Source: a virus. From it: a stretch of DNA of 64,000 nt. A model generated the notes under the pieces. It searched no databases. It was not told where the DNA came from and saw only the letters and a list, made by a program, of their open reading frames with translations. Shown piece by piece: positions 1 through 10,608 of the stretch. The position numbers were made by a program, and so were the translations under genes. Within the stretch, counting starts at the first letter, position 1. Each line of letters begins with the position of its first letter. The stretch covers positions 10,770 through 74,769 of the IMG/VR virus record IMGVR_UViG_3300010413_000016. One strand, 5' to 3'.

Positions 1-2
1 TG

Positions 3-269
3 GCGGATGATTCGAACGTGGATGTGTCTGAAGTATTTGAAACTATCACACCGAATCAGCTAATTCAGCTAATTCGTCAGCGCAAAATATCTCCTTGGAT
101 ACTTCTTAACAGCTCGAAATTTAAAGAATTTTTTGTATCCAAGACAACTTCCGAAGAGAAAATCATTCTCGAATCGATCATTCGTCCACCTTATTGGAAA
201 GAAAAGTTCCAGACCAAAACTAAGGAATTGACAGCAATACGAAAGTATATCACAGAATTGCGGCTGTAA
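3..269 (+). CDS. hypothetical phage protein, 5'-truncated by window edge
   Basis: Frame is open from the window start to TAA at 267-269. Confidence 0.6.
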   Translation, partial: ADDSNVDVSEVFETITPNQLIQLIRQRKISPWILLNSSKFKEFFVSKTTSEEKIILESIIRPPYWKEKFQTKTKELTAIRKYITELRL

Positions 270-285
270 GTGTAGGGCAATCGAC

Positions 286-292
286 ATAAATA
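286..292 (+). promoter_or_regulatory. T4-like late promoter motif ATAAATA
   Basis: The same heptamer precedes genes at 324, 3315, 10609, 11599, 30250 and 36177. Confidence 0.55.
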
Positions 293-323
293 GCTCATAG
301 AATAGTACTACTATGGGTGAACT

Positions 324-992
324 ATGTCCAAAACATTCATTATTAAACCAACATCAGGATCATCTGGTGCATTTACGATCAAACCAGGAGCCTTGGATGG
401 TCCTGGTGGCCTCGAACGTCACACTGACTTACGTTTGTATGGATTAGGCATACATGAGTGGGGTGATGGTGTAGGTGAAGATTTGTACCGCCTCCTTGAA
501 AATTTTTCATGTCCTCAAAAAGAGAGTGGGGATTATTATGCGCCTCGAGCTGCATATGATTATAATCCCAGCACAGATCCTGTCCAACCAAAATCCGAAC
601 ATGATATAGCTCCAGGATACGGTATAACCACACCTGTTTTAGGCCAAAAGTGGTTCAATACCAGTCAAGACCGTACGTTTGTATACACCTCAACTGGATG
701 GCTTCCTGAATCGGGAATCCACATGTCTATATCATTCGATAACACTGGCGCAGTTCTAAAAACTACAGGTGGTGGTTCCGTTACTAGAAACGGAACTGGC
801 GATTTTACTATTTCCTTTCCAAACGCTGGTACCACTTTATATTCAATCTCAGGTTCAGGTAGTAGCAGTTCTTCGGATACTACAGTGACACCTGTAGATG
901 GTACATTTGCCACCACTAGTGTTCGTGTACTGTTTAAAGCGGCTGGCATCGCATATGATCCACAGCAGGCGAGTGTGATTATCACTTTGTAA
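324..992 (+). CDS. baseplate/tail-fibre-associated structural protein
   Basis: N-terminal G-x-G...GE...LLENF module shared with the ORFs at 1007, 3315 and 5517; G/T/S-rich beta C-terminus. Confidence 0.7.
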   Translation: MSKTFIIKPTSGSSGAFTIKPGALDGPGGLERHTDLRLYGLGIHEWGDGVGEDLYRLLENFSCPQKESGDYYAPRAAYDYNPSTDPVQPKSEHDIAPGYGITTPVLGQKWFNTSQDRTFVYTSTGWLPESGIHMSISFDNTGAVLKTTGGGSVTRNGTGDFTISFPNAGTTLYSISGSGSSSSSDTTVTPVDGTFATTSVRVLFKAAGIAYDPQQASVIITL

Positions 993-1006
993 GGTAAGAA
1001 TTAACA

Positions 1007-2698
1007 ATGTCGAAAAAAATATTTACCGTCAATTTTGTTGACCCTTCAAAAACTACAGTCGACTTAAGTCCATCAGCATTATCGGGTCCATCGGGTACCG
1101 CATCGCGCCGGTCTGATTTGGATTTGATGGGAATGGGGCACTCATTGTGGGGAGAGTACATTCTAAATGACATACTGCACTTACTAGAAAACTTCGCCTG
1201 TAGTGAAGATTTGCATAGTATCATTGCTGTAAGTACGGGCGCAGGAACACTGACATTCAGTGGTGATGTTACAAAAAGTTTCGTATCTGGCGAAACGTTT
1301 GAAATTATCAATTCTGACACAAACAATGGAACGTGGACAGTTGCTAGTTTAAGTAGCTATAATGATGTAAGTGATGAGACGACAGTTACAGTTGTTGAAG
1401 CATTGAATGCAACATCAACTTATGGACAAGCGGGACAAGTTGGAATACCAAATAGATCTCTCTTTTATGGTCCTACTACTCCAACTGAAGGGCAAATTTG
1501 GTACAACCAAACTCGTCAGCAAGCATTTGTGTATAGAACTACAACAGGATCACCTATAACTGGATCATGGGATCGCATTAATGGACTAACAGTAGGTTCT
1601 ACTCAACCAACAACCCCCTCACAAGGTGATCTGTGGTGGGACACGACAACTTATGCTGCAACTGCCAATGAGTATGGTCGTAATCTTAAAATATATGTGT
1701 CTGGAGCCTGGGTTCGTGTAGTTGAAAATTATCTTCCACTTGATGGCAGCAAGACCGTACAAGGTAATATCAACATGGGTGGATTCCTAATTGAGAATGT
1801 TGGAAATCCGAACACCAGTGATGATGCTCTAAATCTAGGTTATGCTGATGGTAGATATGTCAACGTAACAGGCGACACGATGACAGGCATTCTCAATATG
1901 GGTGCAAACCGAATTGAGAATGTTGGAAATCCGAACACCAATGATGATGCTCTAAATCTAGGTTATGCTGATGGTAGATACGTCAACGTAACAGGCGATA
2001 TAATGACAGGCATTCTCAATATGGGTGCAAACCGAATTGAGAATCTAGCATCTCCTAATTCGAGTGATGATGCTCTAAATCTAGGTTATGCTGATGGTAG
2101 ATATGTCAACGTAACAGGCGACACGATGACAGGATACCTAACTCTCAACGCTAATCCAACTGCAAATCTTCATTCTGCTACAAAACAGTATGTTGATACA
2201 GAAGTCAGCTCTGGCGTCGCTGGTGTAACTGATCCCGTTCGAACACCAGGGTACAACGTTGAGGCTATTGCTTATAGTACTGGAAACTGGAACAGTGGCG
2301 ATGAGGTGTTGTGGACAATTGCAACATTTACGAGTGCAGCAACAGGCGATTTCATAGTCAGAGTTCGCTGTGCGGGATTTGCAGACAACCAATGGTTGTT
2401 ATATAAGAACGCAACTCAGATAGCGTCAGTATTTAATACACATAGTGGAACATGGACTTATGACCGATACCTGTCAGACAAAATTGTGTCTCTCGTTCCA
2501 GGTGACGTTCTAACTCTAAAGTTCAGAACCAAGTGGTCAGGATCATATGCAACTGGTGGATGGATTCATGTAATGTCTGACTACCTACCGTTGTCATCGA
2601 TGTCCCATACGGGTACACAAAACATTGAAACGATGGGTGGAAGGCTAGATGTTACACCACTTTCACCAGCTAATGAAAACAACACATTAACGTGGTAA
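1007..2698 (+). CDS. tail fibre protein
   Basis: LLENF module, GQIWYN and GDLWWD motifs, 41-aa fibre repeats, ATKQYVD motif; a chaperone-like gene follows. Confidence 0.85.
   Translation: MSKKIFTVNFVDPSKTTVDLSPSALSGPSGTASRRSDLDLMGMGHSLWGEYILNDILHLLENFACSEDLHSIIAVSTGAGTLTFSGDVTKSFVSGETFEIINSDTNNGTWTVASLSSYNDVSDETTVTVVEALNATSTYGQAGQVGIPNRSLFYGPTTPTEGQIWYNQTRQQAFVYRTTTGSPITGSWDRINGLTVGSTQPTTPSQGDLWWDTTTYAATANEYGRNLKIYVSGAWVRVVENYLPLDGSKTVQGNINMGGFLIENVGNPNTSDDALNLGYADGRYVNVTGDTMTGILNMGANRIENVGNPNTNDDALNLGYADGRYVNVTGDIMTGILNMGANRIENLASPNSSDDALNLGYADGRYVNVTGDTMTGYLTLNANPTANLHSATKQYVDTEVSSGVAGVTDPVRTPGYNVEAIAYSTGNWNSGDEVLWTIATFTSAATGDFIVRVRCAGFADNQWLLYKNATQIASVFNTHSGTWTYDRYLSDKIVSLVPGDVLTLKFRTKWSGSYATGGWIHVMSDYLPLSSMSHTGTQNIETMGGRLDVTPLSPANENNTLTW
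1790..2133 (+). repeat. about 3 tandem copies of a 123-bp (41-aa) fibre repeat
   Basis: attgagaat units start at 1790, 1913 and 2036 and are near-identical. Confidence 0.95.
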
Positions 2699-2709
2699 AA
2701 GGTAACAAC

Positions 2710-3285
2710 ATGACATATTACATTCTTTTGACACCCAGAAACCAAGTGGTCGACGTAGTAGAAACGTCAAACGGTAACTTGCCACCTGACGCAGTTGAAA
2801 TATCTCAGGAGCAGTTTGAACTCTTGAATAGTGAACCAACAGTACAATATGAATACGTGTCTGGTGAAGTACAAAAAAGCATATATGCTGATGTTGCTCA
2901 AAAGGTAAATGCTGCAATTTCGGACGCATCAGAAACATGCAAACACCAAATTATCAACAACTTTACTTCGTCCGTATTGGGGTCTGAACATCAATACAAG
3001 AATACACTTGAAGATCAAGTAAATCTGATGGACTTAAATTCAAATGGTATTGGAGCAGATATTAAGTGCGTTGATATTGAAGCGAAAACTGATTTTGCTT
3101 TTAAGCGCCATACGGCAGAACAGGTATCTCAGCTATATGTTGAGATGACACAACACAAATTTACATGCCTCAAAAATTTTAGCGACATCAAAGAACGACT
3201 AATTAGTATCCAAGATGAGTATCACTCTTCGGTGGAGGACGCTGAGATTTTAATAGACGAGACGTTGGCTACACAAAGACGATAA
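2710..3285 (+). CDS. tail fibre assembly chaperone-like protein (DUF4376-like)
   Basis: Follows the fibre gene; FTSSVLG-H-Y...DQVNL...HTAEQV pattern; start reassigned to ATG 2710. Confidence 0.6.
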   Translation: MTYYILLTPRNQVVDVVETSNGNLPPDAVEISQEQFELLNSEPTVQYEYVSGEVQKSIYADVAQKVNAAISDASETCKHQIINNFTSSVLGSEHQYKNTLEDQVNLMDLNSNGIGADIKCVDIEAKTDFAFKRHTAEQVSQLYVEMTQHKFTCLKNFSDIKERLISIQDEYHSSVEDAEILIDETLATQRR

Positions 3286-3288
3286 ATA
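3282..3288 (+). promoter_or_regulatory. late promoter motif ATAAATA
   Basis: Upstream of the structural gene at 3315. Confidence 0.55.
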
Positions 3289-3314
3289 AAAGAATACACT
3301 AACCGGAAAAACGA

Positions 3315-5498
3315 ATGGCTGCTTTACAATATACTATCAAGTTTACAGATACTGCAAAGAATGAGTTTGTAGTAACACCTTATGGTGCTGATGGACCAAG
3401 AAGTCCTACAAATCCGTTGCTTATCGATCATGCTGTCCGTGCAAGTACGACACTTAAGTTATATGGTAAGGGCACGCCCAACTATGGTGAAGGTTTCGAG
3501 CAGAATATGGTATACATGCTTGAGAACTTTGCTGGTGGATCCGCACCCGTATACCCTATAGAGGGCCAACTTTGGTATAACAACGGTAGCAGCGGAAGCC
3601 CTCTGTTGCCAGCGGAAATGTTCGTTTATAATGGAGGGAGTAGTTGGGATGCGGTGATGCTATCAACTGGTACATCTCCAATGACAGGCCCTTTGACACT
3701 ATCTGGTAATCCAACAAGTAATTTGCATGCAGCTCCGAAACAATACGTTGATTTAGTAGGAACCTCTCTTTCTGCCCACATATCAGATACAACAGTTCAC
3801 TTGACAAGTGACCAAAATGTTCTTCTTGATGGTTTAAATTTACCAGCATTATCAGCAGCAAACATTAACACTCTAGTAGGGGTAAGTACTGCACAGCCAC
3901 TACAAACGCAAATTGATAGTAAAATAGGTCGCGCTGGGGACACGATGGATTTAAACGCTGACTTAACATTTAATGGTGGTGAGCCTAGAGGACTTCCATT
4001 TACCCCAACAGCTGGTGATGCTGCTGCTTCAAAAAATTATGTCGATAATCAACTTGGTAGTGGAGCAGGTGGTGACGGTGTGCTTACATCAACAGCATGG
4101 GTAGCTGGACAAGGAACAGTTGGTAGCGTAAATGATAACATCCTCCAACTAACTGTCACATATCCACATGGCTCTCCTAACTATACAGTTTTTCAAATAG
4201 ATGGGATATCACGTTATGGCCACGGTCATACTGCTAGTGAAATAACATTCGATAATTCCGTTCTAACTTTATACCCAGCAGACATGCAAGGTGTTGTGGA
4301 GTATGTTGATACAGTATTAGATACAAAAGCACCAACAAATAGCCCTACATTTAATGGTGGTGTCACAATCAATGGTATCTTAACACTTAGTCAAAATCCA
4401 TCAACGGATTATGAAGCAGCTACAAAACAATATGTCGATAGTGTTGTTGGTGGCATTACGCAACCAAACGCTGTTGTTGATATTTCTCGAGAACTGCAAT
4501 TCACTCCAGGTGGGTCACCACTAAGTAACATATACCAGGTTCCACAATTTGTTGCAGACTCTAATTCTCTCTTTGTTTACATTAACGGTATCAAACAATA
4601 TTGTAACACATACGGAGGTTACCAAGAAGCAACATTCGACTCAAATATCATATACGTTGATAGTTTATCCGTAACGAGTATGGATAATTCCATTCCATAT
4701 CATTTTAATCTTACTGTTGATGGTGTTGGTCCTACATTAGTTACAATTCCTGCGTTGTCCTCTATTTCAACGTTTGGTAGTTTTGTGAGCACACTTACGA
4801 CTAGAATACAAGCAGCTGGATTTAATGCTGGTGCTGAGATTATTAATACATCAACAATAGCAATTCGCTCATACAACTCAGGTAGTACAGCAGCAATCTC
4901 AATTACAGATCCAAATACAGGGTCTCCGTTATTGTATAACTATTTGTTCAACATTCCATCACCTGTTTCTATTGTACGGCCTGAATTTGTTGGTGATTTC
5001 TCAAATCCTGATTCAGCATTCTGGACACCAGACCATATAGTTATATCTGGAAACGTTACAGCTGATTTTCCTGTCGGTAAACAATTTACCATCAGAAACT
5101 CTAGCACTGATTATGGTTCATATGATGGAATTTATACTGTGTATACATCAGGTGCTACATATAGTAGTGGACCAAACGAAACAACTATTCCAGTTGCTAT
5201 TGCTGATAATTCAGCAATACCTTCGCAACTCCTTACAACATATAGTCCATGGCTTGGATCGCCAGTACCACCTGCACCAGTCGTATCAAATGCTGGAGTT
5301 GTTTATTTGACTTACATTGGAGGATTAACTAGTTTGGGAACTCCTTCAGTTGGTATAGATGGAGATTACAGAGAAATTGTGTACGTTGGATCTCCAAGTG
5401 TACCTGCACAGGCTGCACCTGGAACATCTTCAACGTGGATCGAATTCAATTATGACATTCCTGCCAATTCGAGAATGGAAGTCAATGTTTTTAACTAA
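3315..5498 (+). CDS. tail fibre / baseplate structural protein
   Basis: MLENFA module, GQLWYN, repeated AxxKxYVD fibre motifs. Confidence 0.8.
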   Translation: MAALQYTIKFTDTAKNEFVVTPYGADGPRSPTNPLLIDHAVRASTTLKLYGKGTPNYGEGFEQNMVYMLENFAGGSAPVYPIEGQLWYNNGSSGSPLLPAEMFVYNGGSSWDAVMLSTGTSPMTGPLTLSGNPTSNLHAAPKQYVDLVGTSLSAHISDTTVHLTSDQNVLLDGLNLPALSAANINTLVGVSTAQPLQTQIDSKIGRAGDTMDLNADLTFNGGEPRGLPFTPTAGDAAASKNYVDNQLGSGAGGDGVLTSTAWVAGQGTVGSVNDNILQLTVTYPHGSPNYTVFQIDGISRYGHGHTASEITFDNSVLTLYPADMQGVVEYVDTVLDTKAPTNSPTFNGGVTINGILTLSQNPSTDYEAATKQYVDSVVGGITQPNAVVDISRELQFTPGGSPLSNIYQVPQFVADSNSLFVYINGIKQYCNTYGGYQEATFDSNIIYVDSLSVTSMDNSIPYHFNLTVDGVGPTLVTIPALSSISTFGSFVSTLTTRIQAAGFNAGAEIINTSTIAIRSYNSGSTAAISITDPNTGSPLLYNYLFNIPSPVSIVRPEFVGDFSNPDSAFWTPDHIVISGNVTADFPVGKQFTIRNSSTDYGSYDGIYTVYTSGATYSSGPNETTIPVAIADNSAIPSQLLTTYSPWLGSPVPPAPVVSNAGVVYLTYIGGLTSLGTPSVGIDGDYREIVYVGSPSVPAQAAPGTSSTWIEFNYDIPANSRMEVNVFN

Positions 5499-5516
5499 TT
5501 TATAAGAGATTGCTAA

Positions 5517-7463
5517 ATGGCTAACAAATACACAATTATATTATCTGATGGTGCGACGCAGTTTAATGTATATGACCACGAACAAAACGGCCCCGGAAAC
5601 ATATCTACTGGACGCTTCATTGGGGTTGTTAATTTAACTGGCGGTGCCGGATCAAACTATTTTGAACTTGAAGATGATTTAACTTATCGCTTCGTTGCTG
5701 GATTCACTTTTACAGTTTCAGGATCAGGAACTCCATCAGTCAACAATGACGGAACGTATACGGTTGCCCCAGCTGGATCAACTTATAATGCGGTGACAAG
5801 AAGAACTTCGATCCCTGTGGTTGAAGCAATTACAACAGCCGGTCTGCCTTATGGTCAAATAACATATTCGATCCCAACAACCGAAGAAGCCACATCTCTG
5901 TTAATTCCTGGTCGTGGAACTTTAAATTATGGCGAAAATCACATTAGTAACTTGGTGCATATATTAGAGAATTTCTCTAACACATCAGCTCCAACAAACC
6001 CTATAGAAGGTCAACATTGGTTTAATCCTATAGATCGATCGACTAGCACATATAAAGAAATTCCAAATTCCCCAGGAAATTATGAGTGGATACCTGATAA
6101 TCTAGTATCTCAAGTTACTCACGAACCTACTGGTTTTCCTAACCGCACCGACTCCATTTTTTCTTTTGTGGACGGTACTGGTGTATTCTCTATTCATCCA
6201 ACAGGCACAAGTTACGATTACTACATTGCAGGCGTAAAATATACTGAAACGGGTACCAAAAACATATCAATATCCGATGTTGAAGGATTGCATTTTGTTT
6301 ACTTCGATAGCACTCAAACGCTGCAAGAAATAGTATCTTTTGATGTTAACACATTGTTTAGAAATGGTGCTTTTATTGCAGTAATTTACTGGGACGCAAC
6401 AAATAAACGAGCTGTTTATCTTGGTGAAGAACGTCACAGTATCATCATGGATGGCGATACTCACTATCACCTTCACACAACCTTGGGCACGCAGTACATG
6501 TCAGGGTTGGGAATATCAAACATCAATACCGCTGGAACGGGTGCTAATAACACAGATGTTCAATTTGGAGTAGATAATGGCGTTATTCGTGATGAGGACA
6601 TCATTCTTGATATTGCAACAGGTACCCCTCAAGTACTAACTCCTTATGCTTATATTCCAGTCTTCTATCGTTCTGGAGCAAATGGTGTTTGGAGACTCAA
6701 AGATGCAGACGCTTATCCATTAATCTACAATGGAACAGCAGGCTGGGGTGGTGGTAGTCCACAAGCACGTCCACCTTACAACGCATTGGTTGGATCACCA
6801 GCGGTATGGAGTTTGGTTGAAGTACCCGAAGGTGATTATCTGTTGATGCATTATCTTGCTACCAACGATGTTAATCATCCAATAATCGGTATTCAAGGTC
6901 AGAATTCATATGTTGATATCACGAGCGCTAGAGATGGTGCAAATAACGAATTAAATACACTAACGGGATTACCTTTCCAAGAATTTACGCCAATCGCTTC
7001 CATCATATTTCAATGTAGTTCATTCTATACTAATGTACCACACGCAAGAATTCAACCTGCTGCTGGTGGTGATTATGTTGACTGGAGATCAGTAGAAAAC
7101 TTTGTTGTTGGAGCTGTTCCAACTCAACACGGGAACTTAGGCGGACTATTAAAAGATGATCACCCTCAGTATCTCAACACCACTAGAGGTGATGCTAGGT
7201 ACTACACACAATCACAAGTTGATCAAGCTATAATTCCTGACTACGATCTTCAAGCAGGAACTGGTACCGCAAGTTATACAACGTCATTTACCTTTAGCTC
7301 TCCAACATTGGGAACTGCAACATTGCAGGTTTTTGTTAATGGTGTTAAACAAGTGGAAGGTGGTGCCAAGGCATATGTTTCGACTGCACCAAATACAGTT
7401 ACATTTAATGCTGGTGCAATTCCAGTGGCAGGTGATGATGTTGAATTCTACGGATTCGGCTAA
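5517..7463 (+). CDS. tail fibre-like structural protein
   Basis: ILENFS module; central domain and VEFYG C-terminus paralogous to the ORF at 7489. Confidence 0.75.
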   Translation: MANKYTIILSDGATQFNVYDHEQNGPGNISTGRFIGVVNLTGGAGSNYFELEDDLTYRFVAGFTFTVSGSGTPSVNNDGTYTVAPAGSTYNAVTRRTSIPVVEAITTAGLPYGQITYSIPTTEEATSLLIPGRGTLNYGENHISNLVHILENFSNTSAPTNPIEGQHWFNPIDRSTSTYKEIPNSPGNYEWIPDNLVSQVTHEPTGFPNRTDSIFSFVDGTGVFSIHPTGTSYDYYIAGVKYTETGTKNISISDVEGLHFVYFDSTQTLQEIVSFDVNTLFRNGAFIAVIYWDATNKRAVYLGEERHSIIMDGDTHYHLHTTLGTQYMSGLGISNINTAGTGANNTDVQFGVDNGVIRDEDIILDIATGTPQVLTPYAYIPVFYRSGANGVWRLKDADAYPLIYNGTAGWGGGSPQARPPYNALVGSPAVWSLVEVPEGDYLLMHYLATNDVNHPIIGIQGQNSYVDITSARDGANNELNTLTGLPFQEFTPIASIIFQCSSFYTNVPHARIQPAAGGDYVDWRSVENFVVGAVPTQHGNLGGLLKDDHPQYLNTTRGDARYYTQSQVDQAIIPDYDLQAGTGTASYTTSFTFSSPTLGTATLQVFVNGVKQVEGGAKAYVSTAPNTVTFNAGAIPVAGDDVEFYGFG

Positions 7464-7488
7464 TTGATATATTAAGGACATTATAAGA

Positions 7489-9972
7489 ATGGTTAAAAAG
7501 ACGTACCCAATTAAATCCGACCAATTAGACGTCGGTACATCTCAAGGTCAAATTCCTGTACTGGGAGCAGGTGGGTCACTACCAGCTGGCATTCCTGTGG
7601 ATTCATCTAGTGTTACTTACAACAATACAACATCGAAACTAAATGCAACTCAACTGCAGGCACTCGGTGATGAGATGGCTAAACTACACGATAATACGCT
7701 TGATCCTACTGGCATCATCACACGTGGTGACAATACGTTAACGTTCGATGATGTTACTCGCACGGTCACGTTGGCTCCAACTGGAACCAGTTTCAGTTAT
7801 TACATCCACGGCATTGAGTATGTTGTTACTAGTCCTCTCACGCTCGTTATTCCTGACGTCGAAGGAATGTACTTTGTATACATTGACGTTGATGGGGCAC
7901 TCCATTCAACGTCAATTTTCTCAGTAGACATCATATTAAATTTTGCGTATGTATCTGCAATATATTGGGATGCGACAAACAAAACTGGGGTATATGTGGC
8001 TGATGAACGCCATGGGATAACGATGGACGGACAAACTCACATGCACCTTCACTTATCCCTTGGAACACAATACATTTCAGGGTTCGGGTTGAGCAATTTT
8101 GTCATTGATGGTAATGGGACACTTGCAACGCAAGCACAATTTGGGGCTGATAACGGTATCATCCGTGACGAAGATCTGCAACACACAATAACAAGTGGAA
8201 GTCCACAAACACTATACCCTATAGCGCAAGTTCCAATCATGTGGCGTTCTGGTGCAAATGGTAATTGGAGAATTAAGGCAGCTGACTCATATCCAATTAT
8301 CTACAGTGGAGATAGCTCTGGGTATGTTGGAGCAAGTGGTCTATTACCATACAACCAGTGGACTGGTACTACGTGGCAACTGACACAATTAGCTGATGCG
8401 GATCATGTATTGGTTCACTACTTTGCGACAAACGATATTAACCATCCGTTTGTCGGTATCCATGGTATCAATAAATACGCTACCATAACACTTGCAAGAG
8501 CTGGTGCAAATGAAGAATTATCGTCGCTATCAGGCCTACCTTTCCAGGAATTTGTACCAATCGGTACCGTAATATTCCAAACAGATCTAGCGTTCACAAA
8601 CACCCCTAAAGCTGCAGTAAGATCGACCGATCTTGGCACATCGTACGTGGATTGGAGAAATAGTGCACAATTTTCTTCTGTTGGGATTTTCACTGATCAT
8701 GGAAATTTGAGTGGTCTTTCTGACGACGATCATATTCAATACCACAACGATGCTCGCGGTGACGCTCGTTACTATACGCAAAGTCAATTAAACACAAGAA
8801 TCAATCACCCATCAACAGGTGTGTTTTCTGGTGGTAACGTAACGTTGGGGACTGGAACTGGTTCTCCGGTTACAACAAACAAATTTTCAATAGCTGCAGG
8901 GGTTGGTTTGATAGTCGATAACGTTACCAATCCTCAAAATCCAACATATCAAGTTGTAAGTTGGCCTGCTTATAATGACGTTACGGTTACAAATATTGCT
9001 ACCACCGATAAAACTGTCGTAGGTATTACTAGTGCAGGGACTGTATTCCAACAATCAACGAGTGCTTCACCACAAGATCATAGAACGAAAATAGTTTTAG
9101 GAACGTTAGCTCACTTTAATCACACAAGCATCGAAGGGATAAGAAGCGACGGTCATCCTGTGTATGATATCAACGCTCGATTTAATGATTTTGGACATTC
9201 GGTGGGTGCATTTAACATATCTGGAAACGTGTATGGAGCTGATGGAGCATCACTATCTATAACAAAATCTGCAGGCACGAGTTATCAGGTTGGTTCAAAC
9301 TTTATAGTTGATGCATACTCTCCAGATATTACAACAGATCCTGCTGCGTCCCCTGTTAATTTCAGATACAGTTATCGAAATGGGTCAGGTGGGTATACGG
9401 AAACAACATCTACAACATTGATCGATCCAGGCCATTATGACAATGGGACTGGCACACTCGCAACTGTGTCCACAAACTCATGGACCGCTCAAATAATATC
9501 ATATTTCCCTGGGGCAGACCAACACCGTATACAATATGGACAAAAAGTCTTTGCGTCTTCATCAGATGCTTTAGCTGCCGTACCATACATATCGCATCAA
9601 CACAATCCAATATTATATGAAGAAGGCATTATTAGAGGGTATTTGATTGTACGTGGGAATGCCACGAATCTGACGTTGACAACAGATGCTGTCTTCGTCG
9701 AAGCTGCAAAGTTCTCGGGCGCTGGCGGAACGATACCACCACTGACAGGTCACGCGTATGACTTACAAACGGCTGGTGCAAGCCAATCTATATTCACAAC
9801 TGCATTCACATTTGCTCCAACTGCAAACGGTCGAACCTATTTGTCAGTGTACGTCAATCGAACAAAGCAGATAGAAGGAGGTAGTTACGACTATACAGTG
9901 ACAGGAACAAACCAAATAACGTTTGTCACCCCTCTGACCGGTGGAGAAGTTGTCGAATTTTATGGGTTGTGA
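7489..9972 (+). CDS. tail fibre-like structural protein
   Basis: Paralog of 5517 (YWDATNK, GLPFQEF, DDHxQY motifs); G/T-rich. Confidence 0.75.
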   Translation: MVKKTYPIKSDQLDVGTSQGQIPVLGAGGSLPAGIPVDSSSVTYNNTTSKLNATQLQALGDEMAKLHDNTLDPTGIITRGDNTLTFDDVTRTVTLAPTGTSFSYYIHGIEYVVTSPLTLVIPDVEGMYFVYIDVDGALHSTSIFSVDIILNFAYVSAIYWDATNKTGVYVADERHGITMDGQTHMHLHLSLGTQYISGFGLSNFVIDGNGTLATQAQFGADNGIIRDEDLQHTITSGSPQTLYPIAQVPIMWRSGANGNWRIKAADSYPIIYSGDSSGYVGASGLLPYNQWTGTTWQLTQLADADHVLVHYFATNDINHPFVGIHGINKYATITLARAGANEELSSLSGLPFQEFVPIGTVIFQTDLAFTNTPKAAVRSTDLGTSYVDWRNSAQFSSVGIFTDHGNLSGLSDDDHIQYHNDARGDARYYTQSQLNTRINHPSTGVFSGGNVTLGTGTGSPVTTNKFSIAAGVGLIVDNVTNPQNPTYQVVSWPAYNDVTVTNIATTDKTVVGITSAGTVFQQSTSASPQDHRTKIVLGTLAHFNHTSIEGIRSDGHPVYDINARFNDFGHSVGAFNISGNVYGADGASLSITKSAGTSYQVGSNFIVDAYSPDITTDPAASPVNFRYSYRNGSGGYTETTSTTLIDPGHYDNGTGTLATVSTNSWTAQIISYFPGADQHRIQYGQKVFASSSDALAAVPYISHQHNPILYEEGIIRGYLIVRGNATNLTLTTDAVFVEAAKFSGAGGTIPPLTGHAYDLQTAGASQSIFTTAFTFAPTANGRTYLSVYVNRTKQIEGGSYDYTVTGTNQITFVTPLTGGEVVEFYGL

Positions 9973-10013
9973 TATAATGGAGATATAACAACCCCCTACG
10001 TGGCTCATACCTT

Positions 10014-10604
10014 ATGGATATTGATATTGATTTGCCAACAACGTTTGATCCAATCAATCACTTTAACAACATTGTAAATGCGTCGATGGTTAAAGATGGC
10101 GATTTAAAGAAACATCCTGTTGGCGTATATTTCCAAACAATGCCAACAGATGCAAAAACTGGTTTAGCAGCAATTCCTTATGACAAAGCAGAGGAATTAG
10201 GATTCTTTAAGATTGATTTTCTGCATTTATCGTTGTTGGATTATTTTGAAAGCAAAAATGAAATTCGGACATTAATTAAAGTTGAACCTGATTGGCTATT
10301 GTTACAAAGTGCATCTGTCGTTCAGCATTTGTTTCAAATTCATCGTCATTATGAAGTTGTAGCTCGTGTTAGGCCAACTTCTATACAAGAGTTAGCTGAT
10401 TGCATAGCTCTAATAAGACCAGCCAAGCGCAGTCTTATGGAGGCATATTTGAAAGATCGTAAAAACACGAGACCTCATCTATATGCCAAACCAGCCGACG
10501 GCAAATATTACTTTAAGAAGGGACACGCAATCGCATATGCCCTCAACATTGTATTGCAACTTCACTTAATTAAAAGTGGAATAATTGACATAGAACATAA
10601 ATAA
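10014..10604 (+). CDS. minimal DNA polymerase III alpha (DnaE, family C)-like catalytic protein
   Basis: DIDID, HPxG, KIDFL, ALIRP and YxFKKxHAxAYA motifs in DnaE order within only 196 aa. Confidence 0.8.
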   Translation: MDIDIDLPTTFDPINHFNNIVNASMVKDGDLKKHPVGVYFQTMPTDAKTGLAAIPYDKAEELGFFKIDFLHLSLLDYFESKNEIRTLIKVEPDWLLLQSASVVQHLFQIHRHYEVVARVRPTSIQELADCIALIRPAKRSLMEAYLKDRKNTRPHLYAKPADGKYYFKKGHAIAYALNIVLQLHLIKSGIIDIEHK

Positions 10605-10608
10605 TAGC

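Noticed and set aside
1790-2133. Diversity-generating retroelement TR/VR pair in the tail fibre
   Set aside because: These are in-frame tandem coding repeats, the differences are not confined to adenines, and there is no RT.
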